Shown here in pieces: positions 36,036 through 45,983 of a DNA stretch of 64,000 nt (the stretch's first letter is position 1; the number at the start of each line of letters is the position of its first letter). The stretch is taken from positions 1,740,773-1,804,772 of the forward strand of contig OZ252088.1 in NCBI GenBank assembly GCA_965248065.1, read 5' to 3'. Made by a program: the position numbers and the translations under genes. The DNA comes from Dehalococcoidia bacterium (lineage in GTDB: Bacteria; Chloroflexota; Dehalococcoidia; Lucifugimonadales; Australimonadaceae). Under the pieces are notes generated by a model. It ran no database searches. It had not been told where the DNA came from and worked only from the letters and a program-made list of their open reading frames with translations.

Positions 36036-36694
36036 AGCAGACCCCTGCCGCGGGCTCCGAGGCCGACAGCGGCCAGCAGTCCGAGAGCGGCGAGCGTAAG
36101 CGTGACCGCGAGCGCCTGCGCCTCGCTGGTCTGGCCTGTCTGAACCGCCTCGTAGATGGCGATGGGCATCGTCCGCGTGCGCCCCGGAATGCTGCCGGCA
36201 ATCATCAGCGTCGCGCCGAACTCGCCGATTGCCCGCGCCAGCGCCAGGGCGACGCCGGCCATCACGGCTCGCCACGCGACGGGAAGCGTTACCGTGAGGA
36301 ATACGCTCAGCTCCGTCCGTCCCAGAGTCCGCGCCGCGTCCTCGAGGTTGGGGTCGACGGCCTCGAATCCCGCCTGCGCCGTCCGCACGAGAAAGGGGGT
36401 GGAGACGAGGAACGCCGCGAGTACGGCGCCGCTCCAACCGAACACGAAGCTGAACCCGAACGCCGAGTCGAGGACTGAGCCGATGGCCGAGTTCTTCCCG
36501 ACGGCCTGGAGCAGGTAGTAGCCCAGCACCGTTGGGGGCAACACCATGGGGACCAGCACTGCGGTCGATAGCGCGTCTCTCAGCCAGCTCCGCTTACGGG
36601 AGAGCCACCAGGCCAACGGCACGCCCAGCAGCGCCGCGAACAAGGTGCTCGTGACGCCGATCTGGAGGCTGAGCCGAAGCGCGTCCCAGTCCAC
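36026..36694 (-). CDS. modB: Molybdate ABC transporter permease
   Basis: CysTW/ModB-like permease with ARAIGEFGAT. The GTG start overlaps the modA TAG (TAGTG). Confidence 0.8.
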   Translation of the reverse strand: MDWDALRLSLQIGVTSTLFAALLGVPLAWWLSRKRSWLRDALSTAVLVPMVLPPTVLGYYLLQAVGKNSAIGSVLDSAFGFSFVFGWSGAVLAAFLVSTPFLVRTAQAGFEAVDPNLEDAARTLGRTELSVFLTVTLPVAWRAVMAGVALALARAIGEFGATLMIAGSIPGRTRTMPIAIYEAVQTGQTSEAQALAVTLTLAALGLLAAVGLGARGRGLLWR

Positions 36695-37464
36695 TACTCT
36701 TGTTCCTCTGCGCCGGCAAGAGGCGTGTAGCCGTAGCGCTTCCAAACCGGGCCTGAAGACGCATCTTGCAGGAACGCGATGAAGCGTCCGGCCAATTCTT
36801 CCTGCTCCGTCTCGGTCGTGGCGCCGGCCGTCACCACTAGGACGGAGCTGGCCTCGGCAGGCAATTCGTCGAGGCGCCGCAACATCTCCGACTGCGACGC
36901 GAGAGTCAATGATAGGGGCACGAAACCCACCTCCGCGTTGCCGCTGGTTACGAACTGGAGCGCCTGGGCGACGTTCTCGCCGTAGACGACCTTATCCGCT
37001 ATACGGTCCCAGACGCCCGCGCCTTCTAAGTATCGTCGCGCCGCGGCCCCGTAGGGAGCAAGGTCGGGGTTCGCCAGCGCGATGTGCGTGACCATGTCCC
37101 CCAAAACGAGCGCGACGGGGTCAGTAGGCGCGCTTTCGAGCGTTGTAACCGCGACGAGCTCGCCCCTTGCAAGCTCCGCAACGCTCATCCTGTCCAAGAA
37201 GCCGTCGTTCGCGAGGTTGGTCGTGAAACGCCCATCCGCAGAGATGAACACGTCGATGGGCGCTCCCTGACGCACCTGTGCGGCAAGCGTCCCGGAAGCT
37301 CCGGTCACGATGGTCACGTCCGGCTCGAAGGCCTGGGCCAGTTCTTCGACGGCCGGGCGCAGGCTGGCGGCGGATCCGACTGTTAGAGTCGGCCTCTCGG
37401 GGCCGGACGCGACGCAAGCGGCCAAGCCGGCGAGCATGACCACGAGGAGCAGGCGGAGAATCAT
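36694..37464 (-). CDS. modA: Molybdate ABC transporter substrate-binding lipoprotein
   Basis: Lipobox LAAC and GASGTLAAQ..GAPIDVFISAD..N..F ModA-type motifs are present. Confidence 0.8.
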   Translation of the reverse strand: MILRLLLVVMLAGLAACVASGPERPTLTVGSAASLRPAVEELAQAFEPDVTIVTGASGTLAAQVRQGAPIDVFISADGRFTTNLANDGFLDRMSVAELARGELVAVTTLESAPTDPVALVLGDMVTHIALANPDLAPYGAAARRYLEGAGVWDRIADKVVYGENVAQALQFVTSGNAEVGFVPLSLTLASQSEMLRRLDELPAEASSVLVVTAGATTETEQEELAGRFIAFLQDASSGPVWKRYGYTPLAGAEEQE

Positions 37465-37506
37465 AGGCCTGGCGTGGACGTCTTTCTGGCCGTGGCGCGA
37501 CAGGGC

Positions 37507-37758
37507 CTACACCGAGGCAAGGACCGCGTAGGCGTGACCCTTCACCTTTACGTTGTTGAGCGCCTCGGCGACCGTGCCGTGCTCGTTTATCACGAACGTC
37601 GTTCGCGCCATGCCCGTGTACGAGCGCCCATAGTTATTCCTCCCGACGCATACCCCGAACAGGATCACCTTCTCGCCGCGCAAGGAGCTCAGTCTGAGCT
37701 CCTCACCCGAGTCGGTCGTCGCGATGAAGTCCGGAGCAGCCTCTTCGGGCTTGATCAT
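37507..37758 (-). pseudogene. Peroxiredoxin (Bcp-type) remnant with internal in-frame deletion
   Basis: An N-terminal APDF..LSSLRGEKVILF joins directly to the C-terminal ..RTTFVINEHGTV..VKVKGHA. The segment that normally carries the PxxxTxxC active site is missing. Confidence 0.6.
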
Positions 37759-37941
37759 TGGGCTCTCACTAAGCCTTGACTAGCGCTTTAGGCGCGAGCT
37801 AATCGTAGACGACCGCAGGGCAGCAGCCAACCAGAGGATTCCCCAGCAATGCATAGGAGTGTCCGCAGTAATATCCAGGAGAATCTTCAGCAAATATCTG
37901 AGATACTACTGCAAAATGGCAGCAAAACGCCACCTAGTTGC

Positions 37942-37970
37942 TTGACTAACCTCTGCGCTACTGCTAGATT
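37942..37970 (+). promoter_or_regulatory. Sigma-70-like promoter (TTGACT-17-TAGATT)
   Basis: Near-consensus hexamers with a 17-nt spacer lie ~80 nt upstream of the 38051 ATG. Confidence 0.55.
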
Positions 37971-37972
37971 GA

Positions 37973-38026
37973 CCCTGCGACCAGGGGAGAACGGGTCGCA
38001 GGGCCGCATCCTGTGAACAGGTGCGG
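37973..38026 (+). promoter_or_regulatory. Two adjacent 5'-leader hairpins
   Basis: CCCTGCGACC/GGTCGCAGGG is a 10-bp stem at 37973-38003 and CCGCA.CCTG/CAGG.TGCGG lies at 38004-38026. They are followed by a GGAGGGAG RBS. Confidence 0.55.
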
Positions 38027-38050
38027 CGGGCTCGGTGAACGGAGGGAGAG

Positions 38051-38848
38051 ATGGCGAAGCTGGGACCGTACTCATACCCCGACATCAGGTTCGGGGACGC
38101 AGTGGAGATTGCAGGGCGCGTGCTCACCAAGTTCAAGGGAACGGTGAGCGTGAAGGGCCTTGCATGGGAGCTGGGGATGGCCGAGGGGAGCGGCACTCTG
38201 TTCGCGAAGGTCGCGGCCCTACGCGACTTTGGGCTCGTGGAAGGTCGTGGTGAGCTGAGGATTTCGCCGTTGGCGCAGCGCGTCCTCCACCCGGCCAATG
38301 CGGAGGAGGGCCAGGAGGCCAGGGCGGAAGCCTTCCAGCGAGTGGAGCTTCTCCGGCAGCTCTACACGCGCTTCGAAGGCGAGGCGCCGGACGATATGAG
38401 CTTGCTCGTAGGGATCGAAGAGATATCACGCGCGCCCCGAGACGAGATCGTCCGGCGAGCCCCCCTTATCCAAAAGCATTTGACGGACGCTATTCGCGTG
38501 CTCGGCAGGCCGGTCAAGGCAGATAAAAACGTAGAATATTCTGTTCCAGACCAGAGAATTGCTATGGCCCAGCCAGAGCCTATCGCCGCACCGCCTGCGG
38601 CCGAGCCTGATGGCAACGGCCTGCAGCTGGTGGCGGCCGGCCGCCGCCTCTCTGTTCCCCTTACGCCTCAGTACGTCGAGGTGGCGATTACGCTTCTGCG
38701 GACGCTGCAGGAAGAACTGACGGTGGAGGCCGGTCTGCCCGGTCCTGATGACGAGGAAGTCGACATAGACGACGAGACCGACGCCCATGCGGCTTCCACG
38801 TCAGCTGCTGAGATGGAGCTCGGACCCACCGACCAGCTGCAGATGTAG
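38051..38848 (+). CDS. Hypothetical protein (possible N-terminal wHTH; acidic C-terminus)
   Basis: The ORF has a good RBS and promoter. No family recognised. The locus is visibly less GC-rich than its flanks. Confidence 0.55.
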   Translation: MAKLGPYSYPDIRFGDAVEIAGRVLTKFKGTVSVKGLAWELGMAEGSGTLFAKVAALRDFGLVEGRGELRISPLAQRVLHPANAEEGQEARAEAFQRVELLRQLYTRFEGEAPDDMSLLVGIEEISRAPRDEIVRRAPLIQKHLTDAIRVLGRPVKADKNVEYSVPDQRIAMAQPEPIAAPPAAEPDGNGLQLVAAGRRLSVPLTPQYVEVAITLLRTLQEELTVEAGLPGPDDEEVDIDDETDAHAASTSAAEMELGPTDQLQM

Positions 38849-38915
38849 CTCGGCGTTTTTTCTCTCGATGAGCCGACGCGGTTTCATCCGAGGGCTGTAT
38901 AGAAATGAGGATCGG

Positions 38916-39011
38916 ATGGACATCAAAGGGAGTCTGATTGGAACTGTAGGGATCGCTGTAGTGGCCTTGACCGTGCTGGTCTTTCTCTATGCCGTGCCCT
39001 ATGCCGTCTGA
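38916..39011 (+). CDS. Possible 31-aa single-TM peptide
   Basis: MDIKGSLIGTVGIAVVALTVLVFLYAVPYAV, with GAGGA 5 nt upstream of the ATG. Support is weak. Confidence 0.3.
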   Translation: MDIKGSLIGTVGIAVVALTVLVFLYAVPYAV

Positions 39012-39197
39012 CCGGCGGCGGCCATTTGCTGGCATCCCGGGAACGGCGCGTTCAGCGCGTAGGCCTGTGCATCGCCCTTGAATGGACAGAGTGGCGGAAC
39101 CGAGCGCAAGCCTTGGCTGGAAGTTACCGGGGAACGATCTACCCGTCCCGTCCGATTGAGGAAACTGTAGAGAGTATCGGTCTTCTTGCCACGCCCT

Positions 39198-41219
39198 TTA
39201 CTCCTCGCCGCCTAAGAACGCCTTGAGCCGGGCGGCGGACGCCAGACCCATTCCAGGCGCCTCAGCCACGTCGGCTGTCGTGGCTGCGCGGATGCCCGCG
39301 ACACTCCCGAACCTCTTGATAAGCTCGCGCCGCTTCTTCGGGCCGATGCCCGGCGCCTGGTCGAGCTGAGAGCGTGTCGCCGCTTTCGAGCGTCGCTGCC
39401 GGTGGTACGTGATGGCGAACCGGTGGGCCTCGTCGCGCACGCGCTGGACCAGGTACAGCCCTTGCGACTGCCGCGGCAGGAGGACCGGCTCCGCCATGTG
39501 GGGGAGAAACACCTCCTCCTCGCGTTTCGCCAGCGAGCAAAGCGGGATGTCCGTGATTCCGAGCTCTAGGAAGACCTGCTGTACGGCGTTGAGGTGCCCC
39601 TTGCCGCCGTCGATGATGACGAGGCCCGGCACGAACCCGAAGGAGTCTTGCGGCTCGCGCCGCTCTCCCAAAGCCGCTGCGTCGTCCGCTAAGGCGCCGG
39701 TCTTGGCGAAGCGGCGGGCGCGGTAGCGTTGGGTCGGCGCTTCGGCGGCCAGCGGCGCGCCGGCTTGCTCGTCGCCGTCCGAGCGCAACGCGCCCTGGAC
39801 CGAGGCGGCCTCGCGCCGGGCTTCGCCGAGCCTGCGGAAGCGCCGCCGCAGCATCTCCTGCATCGAGGCGTAGTCGTCCACGCCGTCCACCCCCCTGATC
39901 TGGAAGCGGCGGTAGTGAGCGTTCTTTGGCCGTCCGTGCTCGAACACGACCATGCTGCCCACCGAGTTCGAGCCCTGGATGTTAGAGATGTCGTAGCACT
40001 CGATGCGGTCGGGCAGCTCCGGCAGATTGAGCGCCTCCTGAAGCTCCGCCAAGGCCTGCAGGACTTTGTCCGATTCGTTCAGCCACTTGATGCGGCGTTG
40101 CGTTAGCGCCTCCAGCGCGTTCGCGGACGCCATCTCCATCAGCCTGCGCTTTGGGCCGCGCTGCGGACGCGCGATCGCCACGCGCCGGCCGCGCTTATCG
40201 CTGAGCCACTCCTCGATCGCCGCGGCGCTCTCCAAGTCGTGCTGCACGAGCAGCGTAGCCGGGACGTCGGTGGACGCCTCGTAGAACTGCTGGACGAAGT
40301 GCTCCAGTAGCAACGACTCTTCCTCCGCTTCGCCGCCCTCCATCAGGAAGTGGTCGCGGTCGATGAGCTTGCCGCGCCGCACCTTGAATAGCTCAACCCA
40401 CGCCTCGCCTTTGTCGCAGGCGAGGGCGATAACGTCCGAGTCCTCCTTGCGGTCGGAGACGACTTTCTGGTTCTGCGAGACGGACTCGATTGCGCGGATC
40501 TGGTCGCGCAGTACGGCGGCGCGCTCGAACTCCAAGCGCTCCGACGCGTCCTCCATCTTCAACCGGATGCTCTTCTCGACTGCCTCCGAGTCGCCTTCGA
40601 GGAACTGGAGCACCTCGCCGATGACCTCACGGTATTCGCGCCGGTCGACGGCGCCGATGCACGGCCCGACGCATCGGCGGATGTAGTACTCCAGGCAAGG
40701 GCGCTCGTCACTGCCGGTGATCGCCTTCGTGCAGGAGCGGTAGGGGAAGAGCTTCTTGAGCAGGTCCATCGTCTTTCGCACCGAACCGGCGCTTGCGAAG
40801 GGCCCGAAGTAGCGCGCGCCGTCGGCCAGCACGCGACGCGTGAAGTAGACCTGGGGAAACTCTTCCGAGAGGTCAATCTTGATGTAGGGGTAAGTCTTAT
40901 CGTCCTTGAGACGCGCGTTGTAGAAAGGCTTCTGCTGTTTGATGAGCAGGTTCTCCAGCAGCAGCGCCTCTTGGACCGACTCGGTGACGATGAACTCGAA
41001 ATCGGCGATGCGCTGGACCATCGCCTGCACCTTCGGCTCCTTGCCGTAGGGCGTTTGGAAGTAGGAACGGACGCGATTCCGCAGGCTCGCGGCCTTGCCG
41101 ACGTAGATGACCGCCCCGCTCTCGTCCTTCATCAGGTACACGCCGGGTTTGACCGGCAGCGCCCTCAGCCGGCCGGCAAAGTCCTTTGAGTTGGCCTCTT
41201 TGCGGACGCGGGTCGCCAT
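39198..41219 (-). CDS. uvrC: Excinuclease ABC subunit C
   Basis: GIY-YIG N-terminus (PGVYLMKDESGAVIYVGKA), UVR domain, endonuclease V-like domain and C-terminal (HhH)2 are all present. Confidence 0.95.
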   Translation of the reverse strand: MATRVRKEANSKDFAGRLRALPVKPGVYLMKDESGAVIYVGKAASLRNRVRSYFQTPYGKEPKVQAMVQRIADFEFIVTESVQEALLLENLLIKQQKPFYNARLKDDKTYPYIKIDLSEEFPQVYFTRRVLADGARYFGPFASAGSVRKTMDLLKKLFPYRSCTKAITGSDERPCLEYYIRRCVGPCIGAVDRREYREVIGEVLQFLEGDSEAVEKSIRLKMEDASERLEFERAAVLRDQIRAIESVSQNQKVVSDRKEDSDVIALACDKGEAWVELFKVRRGKLIDRDHFLMEGGEAEEESLLLEHFVQQFYEASTDVPATLLVQHDLESAAAIEEWLSDKRGRRVAIARPQRGPKRRLMEMASANALEALTQRRIKWLNESDKVLQALAELQEALNLPELPDRIECYDISNIQGSNSVGSMVVFEHGRPKNAHYRRFQIRGVDGVDDYASMQEMLRRRFRRLGEARREAASVQGALRSDGDEQAGAPLAAEAPTQRYRARRFAKTGALADDAAALGERREPQDSFGFVPGLVIIDGGKGHLNAVQQVFLELGITDIPLCSLAKREEEVFLPHMAEPVLLPRQSQGLYLVQRVRDEAHRFAITYHRQRRSKAATRSQLDQAPGIGPKKRRELIKRFGSVAGIRAATTADVAEAPGMGLASAARLKAFLGGEE

Positions 41220-41300
41220 AGCTGTTCCAGTCTATCGCGGGATCTCCTCAACTGAGGAGCGCCGTCTGTCCCGTCTGCGGGGGATAACTGAGGAAGTGGC

Positions 41301-41687
41301 CTAGGCGCCTAGGTCCGTCGCGAGCTTCAGAACGGCTAGGGTGGCTCCGACTATAGCCGTGATCGAGCCAATCATCGCCAGCTCGCGTCTCAGGCCACCG
41401 GCAGGAACCATCGCCGACGCCTGACGCGCCCGCCTCTGGGATACGACGGCCGACGACTGCCTGCGCTCGGCCGTGGCCACTGCGTGGGCCGGCGCCGCCT
41501 CGCTGGGGGTCTCCGCTACGCTGACGGGCGCCTCCTTGGGCGCCTCAACGGCTTCTTCCGGCTCGACCGGCGTCGCGTAAGCCGACTCAGCTAGGGACGG
41601 CCCCGTCGATCGGGCCTTGCGCCGCGCGCGTTCCCTGGCTTTCGCCTGGCTGGCGGCTGTTCTATTTCCGGCCTTCTTATTCGCCAT
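41301..41687 (-). CDS. Hypothetical low-complexity protein with C-terminal TM
   Basis: ATG at 41687 after a GAGAGAGGA RBS. The N-terminus is basic, the middle is Ala/Pro/Glu-rich and the tail is hydrophobic. Confidence 0.45.
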   Translation of the reverse strand: MANKKAGNRTAASQAKARERARRKARSTGPSLAESAYATPVEPEEAVEAPKEAPVSVAETPSEAAPAHAVATAERRQSSAVVSQRRARQASAMVPAGGLRRELAMIGSITAIVGATLAVLKLATDLGA

Positions 41688-42399
41688 TCGTCCTCTCTCG
41701 CTGGTCAAGCAGCCGCGCCGTTTCCACGATGACATCGGCGGTGTGGTCAATGTTCAGTAAGTCGGTGTTGAGCACCTGATGGTAATACTGTGGGTCCTCC
41801 GGGTCGACCTTGAAGAAGCGCTTATAGTAGGCGACTCGCGCACGGTCGTTCTCCAGAACGTGCCGCTCGGCCTCCACCGCGTTCAGGTTCTCCCGCTCCA
41901 TGATGCGCTTCAAACGCTCTGCGTGAACGGACACCAGTCCCACATGCAGGGCGTCGGGATCGTCCCGCAGAATGATGTTCGCGCCCCGCCCCGCGATCAC
42001 CACGTTCCCCGAGGACGCGATTTCCTTGATGACTGCGGACGTGACGTTCAGCAGGTTATCGTCGGACAGCGACTCGTCGCCCCCGGACTCCTCGCTCGGG
42101 AAGTCGCGGTACTCGCGGACGAGGAGAGCGTCGAGCCCGCCGCCGAAGTACGGGTCGGCTCCGCCCCCGGCAAGCGCGGAGCGCTCCAGGATGGTCTTGA
42201 CGAATCCTGCGACTCGGTCGCCCAGGCGGGGAGGGCGCTCGGTGCGCTCCGCCACTGCTGCGACTGTCGTCCCGATTTTCTTCGCCGCCTCGGCCATGAT
42301 CATCCGGTCGATGTAGTCGATGCCAAGCTTGCGGGCGACCTGCGCGCCGACCTCTATCGCGCCGCTGCCGATGAGTCCTGTCACCGTAATGACGGGCAT
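41677..42399 (-). CDS. Cytidylate-kinase-like family protein (P-loop NTPase)
   Basis: ITVTGLIGSGAIEVG..LGIDYIDR and a C-terminal ..RDRARVAYYKRFF pattern are present. Confidence 0.65.
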   Translation of the reverse strand: MPVITVTGLIGSGAIEVGAQVARKLGIDYIDRMIMAEAAKKIGTTVAAVAERTERPPRLGDRVAGFVKTILERSALAGGGADPYFGGGLDALLVREYRDFPSEESGGDESLSDDNLLNVTSAVIKEIASSGNVVIAGRGANIILRDDPDALHVGLVSVHAERLKRIMERENLNAVEAERHVLENDRARVAYYKRFFKVDPEDPQYYHQVLNTDLLNIDHTADVIVETARLLDQRERTNGE

Positions 42400-42411
42400 T
42401 CCGTGCTCCTC

Positions 42412-42864
42412 CTACCTGCTGACCGTTGTGCGGTCCATGTCACGCAGCATATCAATCATACGGGCATCTTCGTCGTCGCCCGCTGGGGCGGCGAACCACG
42501 CATCGAGAATCTCGGTTGCTTCATCCGGCGAGGTGGCGCGGAGGCTCATAACCAGGGCGTTTGCATCGTTCCATCGCCGCGCCCCCTCTACAGTCTGTGC
42601 GTCGCCGCAGAGAGCAGCTCGCACACCGGGCACCTTGTTGGCCGCTATGCTAACGCCTGTCCCGGTATAGCAGAAGAGGACTCCCTGGTCGCAATGTCGT
42701 TGGGCAACGGCGGCGCCGACTTCGCGACCGACCGCGGGCCATTGGGCGTCGTGCCCTGCGGCGAGCGCGCCAGCCCGCGATATGTCGTGACCGCGCTTGC
42801 GCAGCTCGTCGATCACGTGATCGGTGATGTGGGTCGCCTCGTCACTGCCAACGGCGATTCTCAT
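42412..42864 (-). CDS. rpiB: Ribose-5-phosphate isomerase B (RpiB/LacA/LacB family)
   Basis: MRIAVGSDEA..GVLFCYTGTGVSIAANKVPGVRAAL motifs are present. The start is ATG at 42864. Confidence 0.85.
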   Translation of the reverse strand: MRIAVGSDEATHITDHVIDELRKRGHDISRAGALAAGHDAQWPAVGREVGAAVAQRHCDQGVLFCYTGTGVSIAANKVPGVRAALCGDAQTVEGARRWNDANALVMSLRATSPDEATEILDAWFAAPAGDDEDARMIDMLRDMDRTTVSR

Positions 42865-42877
42865 CTGTGCTTCGTGG

Positions 42878-43828
42878 CTACGCACGGGGGTGTGCTCGCT
42901 CGAATGTCTCACGGACTTGCCGGTCTGTCAGATGTGTGTAGACCTGCGTAGTTGAAATACTAGCATGTCCCAACAGCTCCTGGACATGCCGCAGCGGAGC
43001 GCCCCCGCGCAGCAGGTGCGTGGCGAAGCTATGGCGCAACGTATGTGGCGAGAGCCTGCGCCGGATTTCGCCACGGGCTCCGGCGCGCTTCAGGATCAGC
43101 CAGTACCCTTGCCGCGTCATTGCGCTGCCTCGCGCGTTGAGAAAGAGAGCCGTCGTCACCGGGCCCCGGCGTCTTGAGTGCGCGAGCAGCTGCGGACGAA
43201 CGTCACTGACGTAGGAAGCCAGCTGATGAACGATGCCGGGATACACCGGCGCGAGGCGCTCCTTCGATCCCTTGCCGAGCACCCGTATCCAGCCCGAATC
43301 GAGGCTCAGCGCCGAGACCGAGAGCCCCTGCGGGCCGACGACCTCCGACACCCGCAGCCCGGCCGCGTAAGTCAGCTCCAGCATCACCCGGTCCCGCACG
43401 CCCTCGGGGCCGGGCCGGGCGCTCGCCGCCTTGAGCAAGCGCGCCACCTCCTGCTCCGTCAGCACGTCGGGCAGCGAGCGGGCAGGGCGGCGCGATTGCA
43501 TGTGCTCCGCCGGGTTGGCGTCGATGACGCCCTCTTCCAGGAGGAACCGAAAGAACGAGCGCGAAGCCGCTGTCTTGCGGGCGAGGCTGGTCTCTGAGTA
43601 GCCGTGCTTTGCCAGCGTCAGCCGCGCGTTCTCCACGTCGCGCTGGGCGACTGCCGTCCAGCGTATGTCCGAACGCCCGCCGCCCAGAAGATGCTGAAGC
43701 TGAGTCAGGTCGGCCCTATAGGCCGCAATCGTATTGGCCGAGAGGCCGCGCTCCGCGCGAAGGTGGCTGAGGAACGCCTCGATCTGCTGGTCGGCTTCCC
43801 GGATGGTTTCCCTGACAGAGGTAGTCAT
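42878..43828 (-). CDS. Tyrosine recombinase, XerC/XerD family
   Basis: FLSHLRAERGLSANTIAAYRADL at the N-terminus, then GLRVSE and HTLRHSFATHLL..LLGHASISTTQVYTH catalytic motifs. Confidence 0.9.
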   Translation of the reverse strand: MTTSVRETIREADQQIEAFLSHLRAERGLSANTIAAYRADLTQLQHLLGGGRSDIRWTAVAQRDVENARLTLAKHGYSETSLARKTAASRSFFRFLLEEGVIDANPAEHMQSRRPARSLPDVLTEQEVARLLKAASARPGPEGVRDRVMLELTYAAGLRVSEVVGPQGLSVSALSLDSGWIRVLGKGSKERLAPVYPGIVHQLASYVSDVRPQLLAHSRRRGPVTTALFLNARGSAMTRQGYWLILKRAGARGEIRRRLSPHTLRHSFATHLLRGGAPLRHVQELLGHASISTTQVYTHLTDRQVRETFERAHPRA

Positions 43829-43918
43829 AGTTCGACTATTCTAGGAAGCGCGCCTGCGGCTATGGCATGAGGTTGGCATGCCGGAAACGTCAGGTTGCGA
43901 TAGCTTGCAAAGCCGCCC

Positions 43919-44689
43919 ATGACCATCTCGCTCGACCCAAACGCATTCGGCTCGCCCCTGCTGCCCTGGGTGGGGCTGTTCACGATCGCAGGCGCGCTGG
44001 CCGGGGGCGGCATGTTCCTGCGCCAAGCCGGGGCGCTGGGGACGAGCAGGCGAACGTTGTACGGGACCGTGCTCGCAGCCCTGTTCTGGGGGCTGATCGG
44101 CGCGCGTCTGTTTCACGTCGTCGACTACTGGGACTTCTACACGAAAGCCCCGTTCCAGGCCTTCTACTTCTGGAACGGCGGGCTTTCGCTGTGGGGAGGG
44201 GCGCTCGTTGGGCTGGCCGCAGGCCTTTGGCGCGCCCGCCGCCGCGGACTGTCCGCCCCCCGAGTCGCCGACGCCGCCCTCGTCCCAGCCATGATTGGCT
44301 TTGCGATAGGGCGGGGTGGCGATCTGCTGGCGGGCGAGCGCGCCGCGTCTGGCTCATCGCTGCCTTGGGCCGTCGTTTACTCCAATGACCGCGCCGAAGC
44401 GTTTGCCGACGGCTCGAGTGTCCACCCCGTTGCGCTGTACGAGATACTCTTGGACCTAGCGATAGCCGCCGCCGTGGCGCGGTGGCGGGGCCGGCTGCCG
44501 GGAGGAGCGCTCATGCCCGCGGCACTGGCAAAGTGGGCGCTCGGGCGCTTCCTGATTGCATTCGTGCGCCTCGACCCTGCGCACCTTGGTCTACAGCAAG
44601 CGCAGTGGGTCGGGCTGATCGTCATGGCCGCCGTCGCGCTTTGGGCGTGGCGCTCGCGCTACCGGCTGCGGCCCTACGACGGCAGGTAG
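43919..44689 (+). CDS. lgt: Prolipoprotein diacylglyceryl transferase
   Basis: GARLFHV..W.GGLS.WGG..G and HPV.LYE motifs are present. Confidence 0.85.
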   Translation: MTISLDPNAFGSPLLPWVGLFTIAGALAGGGMFLRQAGALGTSRRTLYGTVLAALFWGLIGARLFHVVDYWDFYTKAPFQAFYFWNGGLSLWGGALVGLAAGLWRARRRGLSAPRVADAALVPAMIGFAIGRGGDLLAGERAASGSSLPWAVVYSNDRAEAFADGSSVHPVALYEILLDLAIAAAVARWRGRLPGGALMPAALAKWALGRFLIAFVRLDPAHLGLQQAQWVGLIVMAAVALWAWRSRYRLRPYDGR

Positions 44690-45834
44690 CTCGGGAAGCC
44701 GTAGAGCGCGACGCAGTTGTCATGCACGATCTTCCGCATGTCCTCCTGCGCCTCGGGACCGGCGAAATCGCGCTCGATGAACTCGCGGGACTTCGGCCAC
44801 GTCGACGCGGCGTGGGGGTAGTCCGACGACCACATCACCCGGTCTACGCCGATGTCTCCCCGGTACTGGATTCCCACCTCGTCGTCGATGTAGGTGACGT
44901 ACACCTGGCGGGCGAAGTACTCCGTCGGCTTCATGCTGAGGGGCGTCGAGAAGCCGCCGCGCCTGCTCGACCCGCGCCCCACTGTGCTGTTCACCCGGCC
45001 GAGCCAGAAGGGGACCCAGCCGACGCCGTACTCCGCGGAGATTACGTTGAGGGTGGGGAACCGCTCCAGCACCCCGGAGGCGATGATGACCGCGAGCGAT
45101 TTCTGCACCTCGTGCGCCGCGATGATCGGCCGCAGGACGCGGTTCTCCCGCCCAAACTCGTACTTTGGCCGCTCCATGCCCGTCGGGGGATGGAGGCTGA
45201 GGGGCATCCCCAACTCCTCCGCCCGGCTCCAAAAGACATCGTACATGTCCAGGTGGTACGGCTGGTCCTCGGGCGGGGAGGCCCAGATCATGGCGCCGCT
45301 GAGTCCCATCTTGGCGCAGCGTTCGAGCTCCTCGGCGCCGAGCTTCGGGTCGTACAGCGACACCAGCGCCAGCCCCTTCAGCCGGTCCGGCGCGTAGCTG
45401 CAGTATTCAGCCAGCCAATCGTTGTACACGCGGAAGCACTCGCGTTGCAGGGCCGGGTCTTGCAGCCAGAAGAGCCGGAAGCCAAGGGTCGTATAGAGGA
45501 CCTCGGCGGCCACGCCGTCGACGGCCATATCCTTCAATCGCTCCACCGGGTCCCACCCGCCTGGCCGGGCGTCGGCGTACCCGCCGGTCTTCATGAACTC
45601 GACCTTCTCGTCCTCGGTGCGGCTCTGGCCCGCCGCCACCCCGACGGCGAGATCGTGGGGCTGGTAGCCCTCGTAGACCCACCACGCCCCCGGAACTCCG
45701 TTGTACTCGTCCTCCACATGCGGCGCGCGGTCCCGGAACTGCGCGTCCATCCGCGTTGTCCACAGGTCCAACGGCTCACTCATGTGAGAGTCCGACGATA
45801 TGTACCAAGCATTCGCCGTCGGGGCATTCGCCAT
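44674..45834 (-). CDS. Amidohydrolase-2 (ACMSD/decarboxylase-like) family protein
   Basis: [10 protein letters not shown] metal-binding start and ..MWSSDYPH end motif are present. ATG at 45834 follows a GGGAGGA RBS. Confidence 0.75.
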   Translation of the reverse strand: MANAPTANAWYISSDSHMSEPLDLWTTRMDAQFRDRAPHVEDEYNGVPGAWWVYEGYQPHDLAVGVAAGQSRTEDEKVEFMKTGGYADARPGGWDPVERLKDMAVDGVAAEVLYTTLGFRLFWLQDPALQRECFRVYNDWLAEYCSYAPDRLKGLALVSLYDPKLGAEELERCAKMGLSGAMIWASPPEDQPYHLDMYDVFWSRAEELGMPLSLHPPTGMERPKYEFGRENRVLRPIIAAHEVQKSLAVIIASGVLERFPTLNVISAEYGVGWVPFWLGRVNSTVGRGSSRRGGFSTPLSMKPTEYFARQVYVTYIDDEVGIQYRGDIGVDRVMWSSDYPHAASTWPKSREFIERDFAGPEAQEDMRKIVHDNCVALYGFPSYLPS

Positions 45835-45983
45835 CGGTTTCCTCCCATGCGTCAGTGCGCCCAACTATCCTCTCAGCCGCCCACGCCGTCAATCTCCCGC
45901 AAGCCGGTCATGCGGGCGCCTGGGCGCATCCCACTTCCGAACGCTACAATGTGTTGCGCCTGCTAGAAACCCCGAGCATCGCT

